Shown here: in pieces, positions 52,982-64,000 of the stretch | How the letters are laid out: each line of letters opens with the position of its first letter | How positions within the stretch are numbered: position 1 is the stretch's first letter | Assembly: GCA_029259115.1 (NCBI GenBank) | Contig: JAPDJO010000028.1 | Span: 1-64,000 of the forward strand | Direction of reading: 5' to 3' | DNA: 64,000 nt | DNA from: Thermoplasmatota archaeon | Lineage (GTDB): Archaea; Thermoplasmatota; E2; DHVEG-1; B18-G2 | Position numbers and translations under genes: made by a program | Notes under the pieces: model-generated | Told to the model about the DNA's origin: nothing | The model's database searches: none | What the model saw: the letters and a program-made list of their open reading frames with translations, nothing else

Positions 52982-53055
52982 TGCCCGCACCGGGATTCGA
53001 ACCCGGGTAGGAGGCTCCGCAGGCCTCCAGGATATCCAAGCTACCTCATGCGGGC
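52982..53055 (-). tRNA. tRNA-Arg(GCG)
   Basis: Reverse complement reads GCCCGCA...GAGGC-CT GCG GA-GCCTC...GGTTCGAATCC...TGCGGGCA. Confidence 0.95.
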
Positions 53056-53579
53056 TATTTCATGATATCGAGCATCGCTACCCTTTCCAAAATCAGATCT
53101 ACATATTTATCTTTGTCCACGGTATCTAACTCTTCTTCGGTAAAGCCAAATCTCTTCAATTTTTCTCTATTTACATTTATCACATCCTCATTTATTTTCA
53201 TACCGAGACTTTTAACTATACTTTCAGCATTCTCTTCAGAAATTTTTCCGCTCAAGTCTTTAAAGTCTCTGGAATCCAGAAATATAAAAACAAATCTCTG
53301 GCTCTCTTCCCTTATACCTATCTTGTCTATCGCATCCTTTACTTGACGTTCCCCAGCCATATACAATAAAAGTTCCATAGATAACTTTCTCATGCTGTTC
53401 CTATTTTCTTTAAAGGCTCTGATTGCATGATGACATGCAGATATCACATGTTCTTTCCCACATACAAGATCAGCATCCACTACCTGAATCTCTATCCCTT
53501 TATCTTCTGATATTTTCCTTACTTCTTCTATGAATCTTTCAATATCCTCTATCTTTCCCTCCGCACCAACCAGTATCAT
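53055..53579 (-). CDS. cgi121: KEOPS subunit Cgi121
   Basis: QVVDADLVCGKEH, A.RAF...N....LSMELLLYMAGERQV..AI.K.G and LERVAML. Confidence 0.9.
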   Translation of the reverse strand: MILVGAEGKIEDIERFIEEVRKISEDKGIEIQVVDADLVCGKEHVISACHHAIRAFKENRNSMRKLSMELLLYMAGERQVKDAIDKIGIREESQRFVFIFLDSRDFKDLSGKISEENAESIVKSLGMKINEDVINVNREKLKRFGFTEEELDTVDKDKYVDLILERVAMLDIMK

Positions 53580-55729
53580 TCTAAACTCACCATCTTATTA
53601 TCTATTTCTCCGATTTGCTTCTTTATAGATAGTGCTATCTTTTTACCTATCGAAGGTATAGATGCTAGCCTCTCTAAAGGTACTCCTCTTAAAGAGTTTA
53701 TTGTTTTGAATCCTGCTTTATAAAGGGCTCTCGCTCTCACTCTACCTATGCCTCTCAATTTAACTAGATCGAGGAGCTCTTTTTTACAACCATATTTAAC
53801 CCTCAGCAGAAGATTATTGAGATCTCTAACTAGATCAAATCTGTATATTCTCGCTAATTCTCTCATTGAATAGAGAAGCCACTCAGCTGTTTCTATTATA
53901 TTTCTTATATCTCCAGGTCCGACTCCATATCTAGAACATATCTCTGCTTCAGGGACCTCTTCTATCCAATCTTGTAATAGATGGGCTGTCTTCAAACTAG
54001 ATAGAAATATCTCATAATCATCACTATAAATGGGAGGTATATTTACAAGTATGTGTTTCTTTATCATTTCTAATCTTTCTTCTATCCATACATCGTCTCC
54101 TCTTAGATACAAAGATTTCATGTCAGGGGTATAGCATATAGCTTGAAGATAAGATATTTCTGGCTCTCCATCTGGAGATGCTCTCTCTATGGCTCTCTTG
54201 ATATGCAGAGCTGTAAGAGGATCGAGATAGAGTTTGGAAGTCTTTTCTCCAAGTAATGTAGCTTTCAATCTTCCATCAAAATCCTCTATGAAATTGTTAT
54301 CTTCTAAAAATCTCAAAACATCCTCGACAACATCTTCAAGCAAGCTTATATCAGACTGATAAGCATAGAATGTCGATGAAAAGAAATCAAATAAACTTTC
54401 TCTATCCGGCGTAAAACCTGATGCAATAGATGATAACACATGAAATCTAAGCATAGGCTCTGATCCAAGTTTTGAATACACCGGTTCAGGCTCTCCAAAT
54501 ATATAATTATCTATTATCCTCTTCCTTTGCTCTTTATCCTTCGCTATAGTTATTGCCTCTCCTTCTTTATCATACCTCGGTCTCCCGGCTCTTCCTGCCT
54601 GCTGCTTATATTCTAGAACAGGTATCGGATACATACCTATACCAAACTCATACCTCCACAGATCCCTAATTATCACTCTCCTTGCCGGAATGTTAACACC
54701 AGCAGCAAGTGTTGGCGTAGCAACTATGCATTTTATCAACCTCTCCCTAAATGCGTTTTCAATGATCTTTCTACTCTCGCTAGATAATCCAGCGTGATGA
54801 AAGGCTGTTCCATCTCCAACGCAGTTTGAGAGATCTTGATCTAGGGATGTCGTCTCTTCTGGCATGGAAAGGATCTCCTCAGATAATCCCTTTAGTCTTT
54901 CCACCTCTTCCTCTTTCAAGTGTTTTTTTACTATCGATCTTAGCTTCTTTGCAAGACTTGCACTTGATTTCCTTGTATTTACAAAGATTAAAACTTGCCC
55001 TCCATCCTCTAGGCAATCGCTAACGAGAGCAGATATCGGATCTGGCTTTGTACCTACATCTTTCACTGAGCCATCAGAAAACTCGATCACTCCTCTGTAA
55101 TAAACACCTTCCTTTAACTTGACTGGTCTCCACTCAGACTTTATAAGCCTAGCATTAAGCCATCCCGCAATGTCCTCTGCATTTCTTATTGTAGCTGATA
55201 AAGCAATAACCTGCATATTTGGGTTTATCTTTTTTAGTCTGGAGATTACAACTTCTAAAGTCGGACCTCTTCCAGGATCATTGAGCAAGTGAATCTCATC
55301 TGCAACAACTATAGATATACTCGATAACCATCTCGAGCCATGTCTTATCAGAGAATCTGCTTTCTCTGAGGTACACACTATTATGTCATACCTAGCTAAT
55401 TTAGGGTCTGATCTCGTTAGGTCTCCCGTAGATATAGCTACCTTCAGGCCTAACTTTCTAAACTTAAGAAGATCCTCATACTTCTCTCGAGCTAAAGCTT
55501 TCAGAGGGACTATATACAGAGCTTTGCCTCCTTCTTTTAACAATTTATTAACTATCCCGAGATAAGCAACCAAGCTTTTACCGCCAGCCGTAGGTACAGA
55601 CAAAACAAGATCCTCTCCAGCTAAAGCAAGAGGTATTGCCTCTTTCTGAGGAGGATATAAACTATCTATACCATCTTCTCTTAGGATCTCTATAACTCTT
55701 CTATCTAGGTCACTAAGTTCTCGATCCAT
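53576..55729 (-). CDS. hel308: Ski2-like DNA helicase Hel308/Hjm
   Basis: PTAGGKS, PLKALA.EK, DEIH, LSAT, HHAGL, TPTLAAGVN.PA, QQAGRAGRP and C-terminal HhH. Confidence 0.95.
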   Translation of the reverse strand: MDRELSDLDRRVIEILREDGIDSLYPPQKEAIPLALAGEDLVLSVPTAGGKSLVAYLGIVNKLLKEGGKALYIVPLKALAREKYEDLLKFRKLGLKVAISTGDLTRSDPKLARYDIIVCTSEKADSLIRHGSRWLSSISIVVADEIHLLNDPGRGPTLEVVISRLKKINPNMQVIALSATIRNAEDIAGWLNARLIKSEWRPVKLKEGVYYRGVIEFSDGSVKDVGTKPDPISALVSDCLEDGGQVLIFVNTRKSSASLAKKLRSIVKKHLKEEEVERLKGLSEEILSMPEETTSLDQDLSNCVGDGTAFHHAGLSSESRKIIENAFRERLIKCIVATPTLAAGVNIPARRVIIRDLWRYEFGIGMYPIPVLEYKQQAGRAGRPRYDKEGEAITIAKDKEQRKRIIDNYIFGEPEPVYSKLGSEPMLRFHVLSSIASGFTPDRESLFDFFSSTFYAYQSDISLLEDVVEDVLRFLEDNNFIEDFDGRLKATLLGEKTSKLYLDPLTALHIKRAIERASPDGEPEISYLQAICYTPDMKSLYLRGDDVWIEERLEMIKKHILVNIPPIYSDDYEIFLSSLKTAHLLQDWIEEVPEAEICSRYGVGPGDIRNIIETAEWLLYSMRELARIYRFDLVRDLNNLLLRVKYGCKKELLDLVKLRGIGRVRARALYKAGFKTINSLRGVPLERLASIPSIGKKIALSIKKQIGEIDNKMVSLE

Positions 55730-55799
55730 CTTTCAGTAAGCTTAAAGATGCAATCTAATGAAAAACCTTATGCATACCTTTTCTATTTACATCTTTGCT

Positions 55800-56114
55800 A
55801 TGGGGCGTAGACAGACTCTGATGGAGAAGTTTAGGCAGCAGATGAAGGCATACAAGAAGAAAAAGATGAAAGTAGATAATACTCCTTATCTACCACCAGA
55901 TGGAGTGGTTTATATTATGGATTCCCTAAACCCAGAGAAACCAATAAGAGCTGTTGTACTTAAAACAAAGGTTAAACAGAGGAGGAAAATTATAGAGAGT
56001 ATAGCATGTCCAGTCTGCGGAAATCCGATGGAATGGGACGATAAGTGGGAAGGTTTTGTATGCGAAAAGCATGGAAAAAGAGCGATTTATGAGATAGTCC
56101 AACCAAAAAGTTAA
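55800..56114 (+). CDS. Hypothetical basic protein with C-terminal Zn ribbon
   Basis: CPVCG...CEKHG. The start is likely ATG 55800. Confidence 0.7.
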   Translation: MGRRQTLMEKFRQQMKAYKKKKMKVDNTPYLPPDGVVYIMDSLNPEKPIRAVVLKTKVKQRRKIIESIACPVCGNPMEWDDKWEGFVCEKHGKRAIYEIVQPKS

Positions 56115-56150
56115 ACTAAGGGATAGAAGATTAAGCCCTAGGTGAATCTC

Positions 56151-56411
56151 ATGGTCGAAGAAAAGGTTGGAGTTGTTGAGCATTTTTTCACAAAGATAAG
56201 CGTTGCAGCGATAAAGATAACAGATGGAGAGCTGAAGATAGGGGATACTATCCATATAGTAGGAGCAACTACCGATTTTAAACAGAAAGTAGAGAGTATG
56301 CAGATAAATAAGCAGCCCGTAGAGATCGCAAAACCTGGAGATGAAGTCGGGATAAAAGTCATAGATAGAGTTAGAGAGAATGATGTAGTCTATAAGGTTG
56401 TAGGTGAGTAA
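56151..56411 (+). CDS. Small EF-Tu domain II-like beta-barrel protein (U32 C-terminal-like)
   Basis: [37 protein letters not shown]; AGGTGA SD. Confidence 0.85.
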   Translation: MVEEKVGVVEHFFTKISVAAIKITDGELKIGDTIHIVGATTDFKQKVESMQINKQPVEIAKPGDEVGIKVIDRVRENDVVYKVVGE

Positions 56412-56412
56412 G

Positions 56413-56796
56413 ATGAAAGAGGTAGCAGAGGTTAGAGAGCTCAGAGTGAATAGATATATAATCATAGACAACGAGCCTTGTAAAATAGTCAGCATAACAA
56501 CTTCCAAGCCTGGAAAACACGGGGATGCAAAGGCAAGGATAGAAGCGATAGGAGTCTTTGACAACCAGAAGAGAAGCGTGGTATATCCTGTCAAACACAA
56601 GGTTCAAATACCAATAATAGACAAAAGAGTTGCTCAGGTTATATCCGTCTCTGGAGACGTTGCTCAACTTATGGATATGGAAACTTATGAGACTTTCGAG
56701 TTGGAGATACCAGAAGAGTTCAAAGGGAAATTAGAGGTCGGAAAAGAAATACAATATATAGAGGCTTTAGGAAAAAGAAAGATAATGAGAGCTTAA
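56413..56796 (+). CDS. eif5a: Translation initiation/elongation factor aIF-5A
   Basis: Hypusine loop [12 protein letters not shown] and [11 protein letters not shown]. Confidence 0.96.
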   Translation: MKEVAEVRELRVNRYIIIDNEPCKIVSITTSKPGKHGDAKARIEAIGVFDNQKRSVVYPVKHKVQIPIIDKRVAQVISVSGDVAQLMDMETYETFELEIPEEFKGKLEVGKEIQYIEALGKRKIMRA

Positions 56797-59700
56797 CTGC
56801 TCTCTTCTTTTTCTAGTTTGAAGTTTAGCTTTTTCGATTTTCCTGGTTTTATTATAACGTTGTACTCTGTAACACATGTATAGCCCTCTGCACTTGCTGT
56901 CACTGTATAATTGCCAGGTGGAAGTTCCATAGAATACTTACCTCTAAATGATGTATTTACTGAGAAATGTTCTCCAGTATCGTTGTTTACTGCTTCTACC
57001 GTCGCACCCCTTATACCTCTAAATAGGAGTTTTGATTTTTTCAATACTCTTCCATATAGTGTTCCCATTCTATCTAGACCAACGTTTTTCTTTGTTACCT
57101 CACTTGCATTTACCGTAACCTCTACGATCTTTGTCACATATCCTTTCTTCTCAAATTTGAGATGGTATGTGCCGGGTGCAAGTTTTATGCAATACTTACC
57201 TTTCGATAAGATTCTCTTGGTCGTATATGTTTCGTTTGTTTCAATAACCGTTATCTTTACCCCGCCTATACCCTTTTTCAAAAGTGTACCGCTATCATAT
57301 ACCTTTCCCTTGACTACCCCTGTTTCTTCAGTCTTGTTTCTCTTGAGAGCCAAATTGAATATAAGGACATCCATGGAGGCATTTGCGGTTCTTGTTGGAA
57401 GACCATCGAAATCATCGTAAGCTATAACCTCTATGTGATGTTTGCAGAATGCTCTCTCGTTCCAAGTGTAGTTGAAGGGTTCCTCATCAACAATTCCTTT
57501 ACTTTCATCGTCGATTATAAACTCTACAGATGTCTCTCCATACGCATTTTCAATATCTGCACTTATTGTGATTGGACCTATGATTATTGTTAGATTGAAT
57601 GGTATGGAGATGATCTTTCTGTCTTTGAAGTAAATTGCACCTACTTCTGGTTTTGTGATATTGACTTTAAGTTTCTCCAGCGGATGTATTGTGACATACT
57701 TATGCGTAGTCACATCATTACCCTTGCTATCCACAACAGTAAGCGTTACTTCGAAGGTTTCAGCAGACAAATAGGTGTGCGTTACCTGAGTGCCCTCAGC
57801 TGTGTATCCATCTCCGAAGTCCCATGAGAGCGTGTATGGTGGATAACCCCCACTTATATTTCCTTTGAATGTTAACTCTTCCCCAACCATTCCTTCTGTT
57901 GGCCCATCAATCTCTGCAGAAAGAGGTTCCGGTAGTATAATCTTACACCTTGCGTCTGCCTGCTCGGGTGCTGTTTCGATATTTCCAGCGTTATCAACAG
58001 CTACTGAGTAGAATTCATAGTATCCGCTATTCGATGTACTGAATGACCATTCTCCCTCTTTCCAATCTGTCCATGTCTCATTATCAGCGGAATATCTATA
58101 GTAGAGCTTAACTTCCGCAATTCCACTTCTATCATCTGACGCTGCATAGCTCAAAACTATTGGCACCTCGTCTCTCTCGTATGGCACAATTGGATCTACC
58201 GTTGACTCTGGTGGAACAGTATCTATAACTGCTGATGCCTCTTCTGCATAGGCCTTATCCTCTCTATTGCCAACCGCATCATACGCTATGGAACAGAATT
58301 TATAGTCTCCGTCCGCTCCAAAGAATTCCCAGGACCATCCATCGCTTCCATCTGTATCACCTCCGAAGAGCTGCCACTCTGACCAGTTTTCGCCATCTGT
58401 ACTGTGCGAGTAATAAAGCTCCACCCTTGCAACATAGGTTTCATCATCACTTGCTGTTGCTGTAATTGTGAATGGACTATTGTGCCAGTATGGATCTATT
58501 TCATTTACATGAGACCTAGGCGGATATCCATCGTTCCTTATGCAGAATCTTGCGCTATCATTGCGTTCTATCTCTTGACAACCTACATAATATATGAGAT
58601 AGGCTGTATTATTATAGCATCCATAACAGTTAACTCCTGTGAATCTTACGGTAAATTCTATGTAGAATTTTTCACCTGCCTTGACACTGATATAACTCCA
58701 CACCAATTCATTTTCATTTATCGTAGGTTCGGGTGTTCCAGATACGAATTCAAGATTATCTATAAGTGGATCCACAACAGTTATATCACTGACATCTCTC
58801 TCTCCGACATTATCTATAGTTATATTGAATGTTATCTCATCTCCATAGAATACATAAGCAGAGTCTTCCCATTCTCCAGTTCCAGGATCTCTTATTTTCT
58901 TTTCAATCTGTACATCTGGACATGGAATCTCTATCGTGGCATTGTCGCTTCCTTCCAGATGCATTCCACTGCACTCATCCCCAGTAACTATGACAACATT
59001 TTCGAAGATTCCACAGTCGGCATCTTCATTCACAGTTGCGTTAAAGTACAAGGTGAGTGTACCACCATCTGGTATTCTGAATATGTCATCAAGATTCCAT
59101 GTTAGTGTATGGCCAGATATAGTCGGTTCGATATCTCCAGTATAGTACTCGTCCCAATCACTCCAGTCTCCTTCAAATGAGGTTGAATTCTCGATATAAG
59201 TGAGCACTGATGGGAGTTCATCTACAATCGTTATATTATGGAACACATAGTTTAATGGATCAAGTGGATTGCCATGATAAGTTATATCGATACGGAACTC
59301 AACGATACCTCCAGAAGTTTTTACCTTATCACTCCATTCTCCTCTTGGACAGAACTTCCTGACTCTCTTGTTAACTTCTATATAGGGTTCATAGAGTGTT
59401 ATGTTAACGCTGTCGGTAGCATTTACTCCTTGATCGGCCGTTGCTTTTACAACGTTCTTTCCTGTTCCGCCAGATAAAGGCGTAGCAGAGAATGTTATTA
59501 CGAGAGAGAAGTTCTTTGGAAGGTCGTCGCTCCAGTTTATGTATGAATCGTTTGCGTAAGTTGGTGCAATGTTGCTATCATGATTGTATTTCAAGAACGG
59601 AGGTAAGAAGTCCTCAAGAACACCTGTCAGGTCTATATCTCCGGTGTTTGTGAGATTTATCTTGAAGTATATCTTGTTGTCACCATTTATTATGTGAGGC

Positions 59701-60767
59701 AAATATTCCTCTAAACTCTTTGTCCAATTTTCTCCATCTAGAGACACCCATTTCTGCAGAGATATATTTGGATGACATATAGCATCTACTTCTGCTGTAT
59801 CGTTTACAGCAAGTGTATCACAACCATGCTTTGCAGTTACATTTACTAAGTTTTCAAAAGTTCCACATTCATCAACAGTAGCGTTGAAAACTATCTCCAT
59901 TGGAAAATCGCTATATGATAGGTCATTAAAGTACCATATAAGTTGATTTCCAGATTGCTCTGATACCTCTGGATCTGCGGTTCCGTCAACATAGCTTAGT
60001 CCGGATGGTAGTGTGTCAACTACTGTAACATTATCGAATCCTGTACCTCCTGTATTCGTAACGATTATCTTGAATGTAATCTCGCTACCTATGGATGTCT
60101 CAACAGAGTTACTATACTCTCCGCAACCGACTTTTACAAGCTTTTCAACTTCGATTCCTGGCGTAGGTTGCGGAACAGTCACATTAGCGATGGCTTCGCC
60201 ATGAACATCTTTCCCACTACAGTGATACGCATCTATGGTAACCCTGTTCGTGAGATTTCCATATCCGGTAACATTGGCCTCAAAATCTATGTAGAGATGA
60301 CCGGTTTCCTCTATGAATATACAAATACTATCCGGACTATTATCAAAATAGAGATCCCAAGTTAAGTTGTTCCCATCGATAGCTGGATCTTCCGTTACAT
60401 TACCTGTGATATAAATTGGCTCACCGGACATATTTTTCACGATAGAAATATTGTCGCCATGTATTATTGTGCTCCCCTTGACATACTCCATACCATCAGG
60501 GAGTTTGTCTTTTATAAGGATTCCATATATGCTTGTTTCATTTGGTAAATTCTGTTCAGGATGATATATAGATATCCTAAACTTAACAGTGTCTCCAATA
60601 TGTGCGGTTATTTCATCTACCCATTCGCTGCCATTCCATACCTTTTTATCTACCTGCATCTTCGTTGAATCTGAATTGTGGAGATTTAATGGTTTTACTA
60701 TTGTAGTGAAGTTTGCAGCTATCAGTATTCCTACTAACAAAACTATTGTACCTACGCTTCTTCTCAT
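56793..60767 (-). CDS. Large secreted protein with DUF11-like (isopeptide/pilin-like) repeats, Ig/PKD domains and C-terminal carboxypeptidase-regulatory-like domains
   Basis: Signal peptide; about 5 repeats of V.K...W...F.I.V.N.G...V.D.LP..L.Y..G; PKD WDFGDG; shares its C-terminal module with 5753-9712. Confidence 0.85.
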   Translation of the reverse strand: MRRSVGTIVLLVGILIAANFTTIVKPLNLHNSDSTKMQVDKKVWNGSEWVDEITAHIGDTVKFRISIYHPEQNLPNETSIYGILIKDKLPDGMEYVKGSTIIHGDNISIVKNMSGEPIYITGNVTEDPAIDGNNLTWDLYFDNSPDSICIFIEETGHLYIDFEANVTGYGNLTNRVTIDAYHCSGKDVHGEAIANVTVPQPTPGIEVEKLVKVGCGEYSNSVETSIGSEITFKIIVTNTGGTGFDNVTVVDTLPSGLSYVDGTADPEVSEQSGNQLIWYFNDLSYSDFPMEIVFNATVDECGTFENLVNVTAKHGCDTLAVNDTAEVDAICHPNISLQKWVSLDGENWTKSLEEYLPHIINGDNKIYFKINLTNTGDIDLTGVLEDFLPPFLKYNHDSNIAPTYANDSYINWSDDLPKNFSLVITFSATPLSGGTGKNVVKATADQGVNATDSVNITLYEPYIEVNKRVRKFCPRGEWSDKVKTSGGIVEFRIDITYHGNPLDPLNYVFHNITIVDELPSVLTYIENSTSFEGDWSDWDEYYTGDIEPTISGHTLTWNLDDIFRIPDGGTLTLYFNATVNEDADCGIFENVVIVTGDECSGMHLEGSDNATIEIPCPDVQIEKKIRDPGTGEWEDSAYVFYGDEITFNITIDNVGERDVSDITVVDPLIDNLEFVSGTPEPTINENELVWSYISVKAGEKFYIEFTVRFTGVNCYGCYNNTAYLIYYVGCQEIERNDSARFCIRNDGYPPRSHVNEIDPYWHNSPFTITATASDDETYVARVELYYSHSTDGENWSEWQLFGGDTDGSDGWSWEFFGADGDYKFCSIAYDAVGNREDKAYAEEASAVIDTVPPESTVDPIVPYERDEVPIVLSYAASDDRSGIAEVKLYYRYSADNETWTDWKEGEWSFSTSNSGYYEFYSVAVDNAGNIETAPEQADARCKIILPEPLSAEIDGPTEGMVGEELTFKGNISGGYPPYTLSWDFGDGYTAEGTQVTHTYLSAETFEVTLTVVDSKGNDVTTHKYVTIHPLEKLKVNITKPEVGAIYFKDRKIISIPFNLTIIIGPITISADIENAYGETSVEFIIDDESKGIVDEEPFNYTWNERAFCKHHIEVIAYDDFDGLPTRTANASMDVLIFNLALKRNKTEETGVVKGKVYDSGTLLKKGIGGVKITVIETNETYTTKRILSKGKYCIKLAPGTYHLKFEKKGYVTKIVEVTVNASEVTKKNVGLDRMGTLYGRVLKKSKLLFRGIRGATVEAVNNDTGEHFSVNTSFRGKYSMELPPGNYTVTASAEGYTCVTEYNVIIKPGKSKKLNFKLEKEESS

Positions 60768-60849
60768 ACCGCATTACCTCCAAACCTTTCTAACAACATT
60801 ATCTTCTAACAGTATTTTAATTTATCGGTATATATATTTTTCTGTACAA

Positions 60850-61242
60850 TCATTGATTATGTTTGCGCTCCAAAATTCTATCTATCCTTGCCTTCAACTC
60901 CTCTATTTCAAAAGGTTTTTCAATAAAATCTTCTCCAAGAAAGCTGCCTATCTCTTTTGCCTTTTGATCGGTTCTAGCTGTCAGAAAGATTATGGGTATA
61001 TCTTTCCACTCTATTCTCTCTTTAATTCTGTTATATACTTCCCAGCCACTCATTTTAGGGAGCATTATGTCCAACACAATCAAATCAGGTTTTATCTTTT
61101 CTCTTATGAGTAATCTCAAACAGTCCTCTCCACTCTCCACAGGTATAACCTCAATATCGCTGTCTAGGGCTTTTAAACCTTCTTTTATTGATGTAAGTAT
61201 ATCTGGATTATCATCAACCACCAATATTCTCTTCTTCCTCAT
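60850..61242 (-). CDS. Single-domain response regulator (CheY-like receiver)
   Basis: ILVVDD, PDLIVLDIMLP.MSG, IIFLTA and FIEKPF. Confidence 0.95.
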   Translation of the reverse strand: MRKKRILVVDDNPDILTSIKEGLKALDSDIEVIPVESGEDCLRLLIREKIKPDLIVLDIMLPKMSGWEVYNRIKERIEWKDIPIIFLTARTDQKAKEIGSFLGEDFIEKPFEIEELKARIDRILERKHNQ

Positions 61243-63013
61243 TATTATCACCTATAGGTAATGTAAAATATATACTTGTACCTTTCCCCAATCCCTCACT
61301 CTCAGCCCATATCCTACCCCCATGCTTTTCGACTATCCTTTTGCATATAGTTAGACCAAGACCTGAGCTTTCAACGTTATGCCTTGATTCATCTACCTTA
61401 TAGAACTCATCGAATATCCTATATTTTTGATCACCCTCAAGACCCATTCCATTATCCTTTACTTCTATTATTACCTCGTTACCATTTGGTTTAGCAAGGA
61501 ATTCTATTTTTCCGCCTTCCGGCGTGTACTTGATTGAATTGGAAATCAGGTTTGTAAAAACTTCCTTTAATCTGAGTCTATCAGCTTTTACAAAAATATC
61601 TTTATCTACTCTGTTTATAGATTTTATATTTTTTTTCTTTATAATGTGTTCATTGTCCCTTATGCTCTCATCAACAATGTCACTGAGTCTTACATCTTTG
61701 ATACTAAATTTCACATTTGGCATGTTAAGTTTCGCTAGATTTAAGGTATCAACGACCAAGTTCTTCATATACCTTGCATTTCTTAGAGATATATCGATCA
61801 ATCTTTTAGTGTCTTCATCATGTACTCTTTCTCTTACAAGGGGTAGAAGTGAGAGTATGGGGGTTAGTGGCGTTTTAAGATCGTGGCCAAGTTGACTGAT
61901 AAATTCATCCTTTTGCTTCAGGAGTTCCTCGATTTCCTCTGTTCTTCTTTTTACTTCCTTTTCCAGATTCTTGTTGAGTCTTTTTAGCTCCATCTCATAA
62001 CTCTTAATATCAGTAACATCTCTGATAACCATCATTTTTCCTATTTTCTCTCCCTTCCTATCCCGAAGTGTAGTTGTACTAACCTCATAGAATCGGTTTG
62101 ATTTTTTGCACGTCTTTCTACCATCTTCCTTATACAGAAAGTCAAGGATCTTACCACAATCAACAAGAATCTCAAAAGCTTTCTTTCCAATAGCTTCGTC
62201 TCTTTTTAGTGACAGTAGTTTTTCGGCAGATCTATTGAGATCTATGACCCTATTTTCCTCGTCAAAAACGATTACTGCATCTCTCATTCCCTCTATTATC
62301 TCATTTCTTGCAATTGGAATGATATGCATCAGTTTTAACCTATATATACCCAAGAATAGGAGAAATACAGATATAGAAAAAGATATTGGAGTGAAGTCGA
62401 ATGTGAACACTCTAGATAAATATATTATATTCGATATTATTGGAATGATTGCAGCAGATGCCAATAAAACAGCTTTCTTTCTATGTATTTCGGGATAAAA
62501 GAAGGACTCTTGGAGCAAGGATAGACTGCCCGCTATAAAGATGATGTAGGAATAAATCGCATGAATCCAGAACCAATAACCATAGCTGGGAGTTAGAATC
62601 TCTAGATCTCCTATCTTGGAGAATTTTATACTCTGCCATATAAGGTGATGAAATTCATTTGTGAATACAAGTAACAAAGTTATTATCGGAATCAAGAAGA
62701 ATAGGATCACAAAGAACGGTTTTAGGTTCCTTTTAAACTTTCTCGTGTATGTAAATGAGAATAAAAACCAGAAGACCGGTAAAATAACAATACCAATGTA
62801 CTCTATCTTAGCTGCAAGTATTTTCAGATTGCAATCTGGTAAGGTCATCTCAAATAAATATCCGAGAGACCATATAGAAATGGAAATCAAGATGAGAAAA
62901 AAGTATATTGTTGGTCTATCTTTTTTGCGGCGCCATATGACATAGAGTATCGATATAGTGAATAGGAAGCCCATTGATGTAGAGGCTATAGATATAACAT
63001 CTGTTGCGAGCAT
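61214..63013 (-). CDS. Sensor histidine kinase (7TM N-terminal domain, PAS, HisKA, HATPase)
   Basis: 7 TM helices with TNEFHHLIW; PAS DAVIVFD..N..AE; H box GHDLKTPLT; NLISNSIKYT; DNGMG; SSGLGLTIC. Confidence 0.95.
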   Translation of the reverse strand: MLATDVISIASTSMGFLFTISILYVIWRRKKDRPTIYFFLILISISIWSLGYLFEMTLPDCNLKILAAKIEYIGIVILPVFWFLFSFTYTRKFKRNLKPFFVILFFLIPIITLLLVFTNEFHHLIWQSIKFSKIGDLEILTPSYGYWFWIHAIYSYIIFIAGSLSLLQESFFYPEIHRKKAVLLASAAIIPIISNIIYLSRVFTFDFTPISFSISVFLLFLGIYRLKLMHIIPIARNEIIEGMRDAVIVFDEENRVIDLNRSAEKLLSLKRDEAIGKKAFEILVDCGKILDFLYKEDGRKTCKKSNRFYEVSTTTLRDRKGEKIGKMMVIRDVTDIKSYEMELKRLNKNLEKEVKRRTEEIEELLKQKDEFISQLGHDLKTPLTPILSLLPLVRERVHDEDTKRLIDISLRNARYMKNLVVDTLNLAKLNMPNVKFSIKDVRLSDIVDESIRDNEHIIKKKNIKSINRVDKDIFVKADRLRLKEVFTNLISNSIKYTPEGGKIEFLAKPNGNEVIIEVKDNGMGLEGDQKYRIFDEFYKVDESRHNVESSGLGLTICKRIVEKHGGRIWAESEGLGKGTSIYFTLPIGDNNEEEENIGG

Positions 63014-63028
63014 ACCCCTCCACGTGAA

Positions 63029-63040
63029 GAGTGCATCCCA
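63029..63040 (-). promoter_or_regulatory. Leader motif TGGGATGCACTC, copy 3 (histidine kinase 5' leader)
   Basis: gagtgcatccca on the + strand, 12-bp identical to the smc copy, between a TTTTTAAA box and the GGAGG SD. Confidence 0.6.
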
Positions 63041-63068
63041 AAAGTGAATGCCTTAAGAATTTAAAAAA

Positions 63069-63197
63069 TTAACTTACATAATAAGAGAGCCATTCCTCCT
63101 CTTCAAATCCTGTCTCTTCCTTTACCTCTTCAACTTTTTCTTCTGCATTCTCTTCGCTACTTTTTTCAAATAGTTTTCGTAGTCTTTCAAATACCAT
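63069..63197 (-). CDS. Unannotated 42-aa acidic small protein MVFERLRKLFEKSSEENAEEKVEEVKEETGFEEEEWLSYYVS
   Basis: Open frame with the purine-rich codon usage typical of this genome, and an AT-rich promoter-like region about 25 nt upstream. Confidence 0.55.
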   Translation of the reverse strand: MVFERLRKLFEKSSEENAEEKVEEVKEETGFEEEEWLSYYVS

Positions 63198-63302
63198 TCA
63201 TTGAATATTATGAAATAAATAATATATTAATTTTGTCAATTTTTGACTCGCCTTTCAGCTTTACAAAACCATTATATAAAAATTTTCCATATCTGGTGAG
63301 AG

Positions 63303-64000
63303 ATGAAGACAGAGTACAATTACAAGGAAATAGAAGAAAAGTGGCAAAAAAATTGGTTTGAAAAAAAGATATATGAAGCTAAGAGAGATGAGAAGAAAAA
63401 GAGCTTTTTCATTCATTTTGCGTATCCCGGGATATCTGGATATTTACATGTTGGTCATATGAGAGGTTTCACCTATGCTGACATAATCGCAAGATATAAA
63501 AGGATGAAAGGATACAACGTGATCTTCCCAGCAGGGTTCCATGCTTCTGGTTTGCCATCTGTAGCTTTTGCCAAGAAGGTGGAAAGGAGGGATCCTGACA
63601 CTATAAAAATTTTGAAAGAGAATGGTTGCTCTGATGATGTTATTGAGAAATTAAAAGATCCTTTATACGTGGTCAAATTTTTTAGCGAGATATATGTCGA
63701 GGAATATTGGAAAAAGTTTGGATTCCTTATAGATTATTCAAGATTAACAGATACAATATCTGAGGGTTATAAGAAATTTATAACATGGCAATTCTTGAAA
63801 CTAAAAGAAAAAGGGCTCCTAACTCAAAAATCCCACTTTGCACCTTTCTGTCCGAACTGCGGACCAGTAGCTGTAGACAAGTCAGAGACAGACATATCTA
63901 AAGGTGGAAATGCAGAGATTTTAGAGTTTACTGTAATAAAGTTTAGATGGAAAGATGAAGAGACAATCCTTCCCGCCGCAACCCTCAGACCAGAAACAAT
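63303..64000 (+). CDS. leuS: Leucine--tRNA ligase (5' part, runs off the window)
   Basis: Manual translation: MKTEYNYKEIEEKWQKNW...FAYPGISGYLHVGHMRG (HIGH-like)...FHASG...PAATLRPET. Confidence 0.93.
   Translation, partial: MKTEYNYKEIEEKWQKNWFEKKIYEAKRDEKKKSFFIHFAYPGISGYLHVGHMRGFTYADIIARYKRMKGYNVIFPAGFHASGLPSVAFAKKVERRDPDTIKILKENGCSDDVIEKLKDPLYVVKFFSEIYVEEYWKKFGFLIDYSRLTDTISEGYKKFITWQFLKLKEKGLLTQKSHFAPFCPNCGPVAVDKSETDISKGGNAEILEFTVIKFRWKDEETILPAATLRPET

Overview
Compact, AT-rich archaeal chromosome segment. Gene content (DUF3198, separate Kae1/Bud32, PKD-rich secreted proteins) suggests a Thermoplasmatota/MBG-D-like archaeon, which is an inference. Housekeeping content: smc-scpA-scpB, pyrG, proS, pheS, leuS (partial), rpl40e, aIF5A, rtcA, KEOPS genes (kae1, bud32, cgi121), hel308, and five intronless tRNAs (Arg-TCG, Gln-TTG, Glu-TTC, Phe-GAA, Arg-GCG). 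Also present are two tandem type II/IV secretion ATPases, a group 3b [NiFe]-hydrogenase operon with a beta-gamma fusion, a PiT/DUF47 phosphate module, a two-component pair and several large secreted multidomain proteins. No CRISPR array, IS element or provirus was seen. The most notable unexplained signals are: (1) a shared 5'-leader motif TGGGATGCAC in front of smc, the secretion ATPase and the histidine kinase, plus a promoter-equipped CU-rich hairpin (candidate sRNA) complementary to it and to Shine-Dalgarno sites; (2) a RadA-type HhH domain fused to a bare MCM AAA+ core; (3) a DGQHR ParB/Srx protein coupled to a metallophosphoesterase next to smc; (4) a shared basic C-terminal module on secreted proteins; (5) two probable CTG start codons; and (6) several unannotated small ORFs. 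All calls were made by eye, without database searches.
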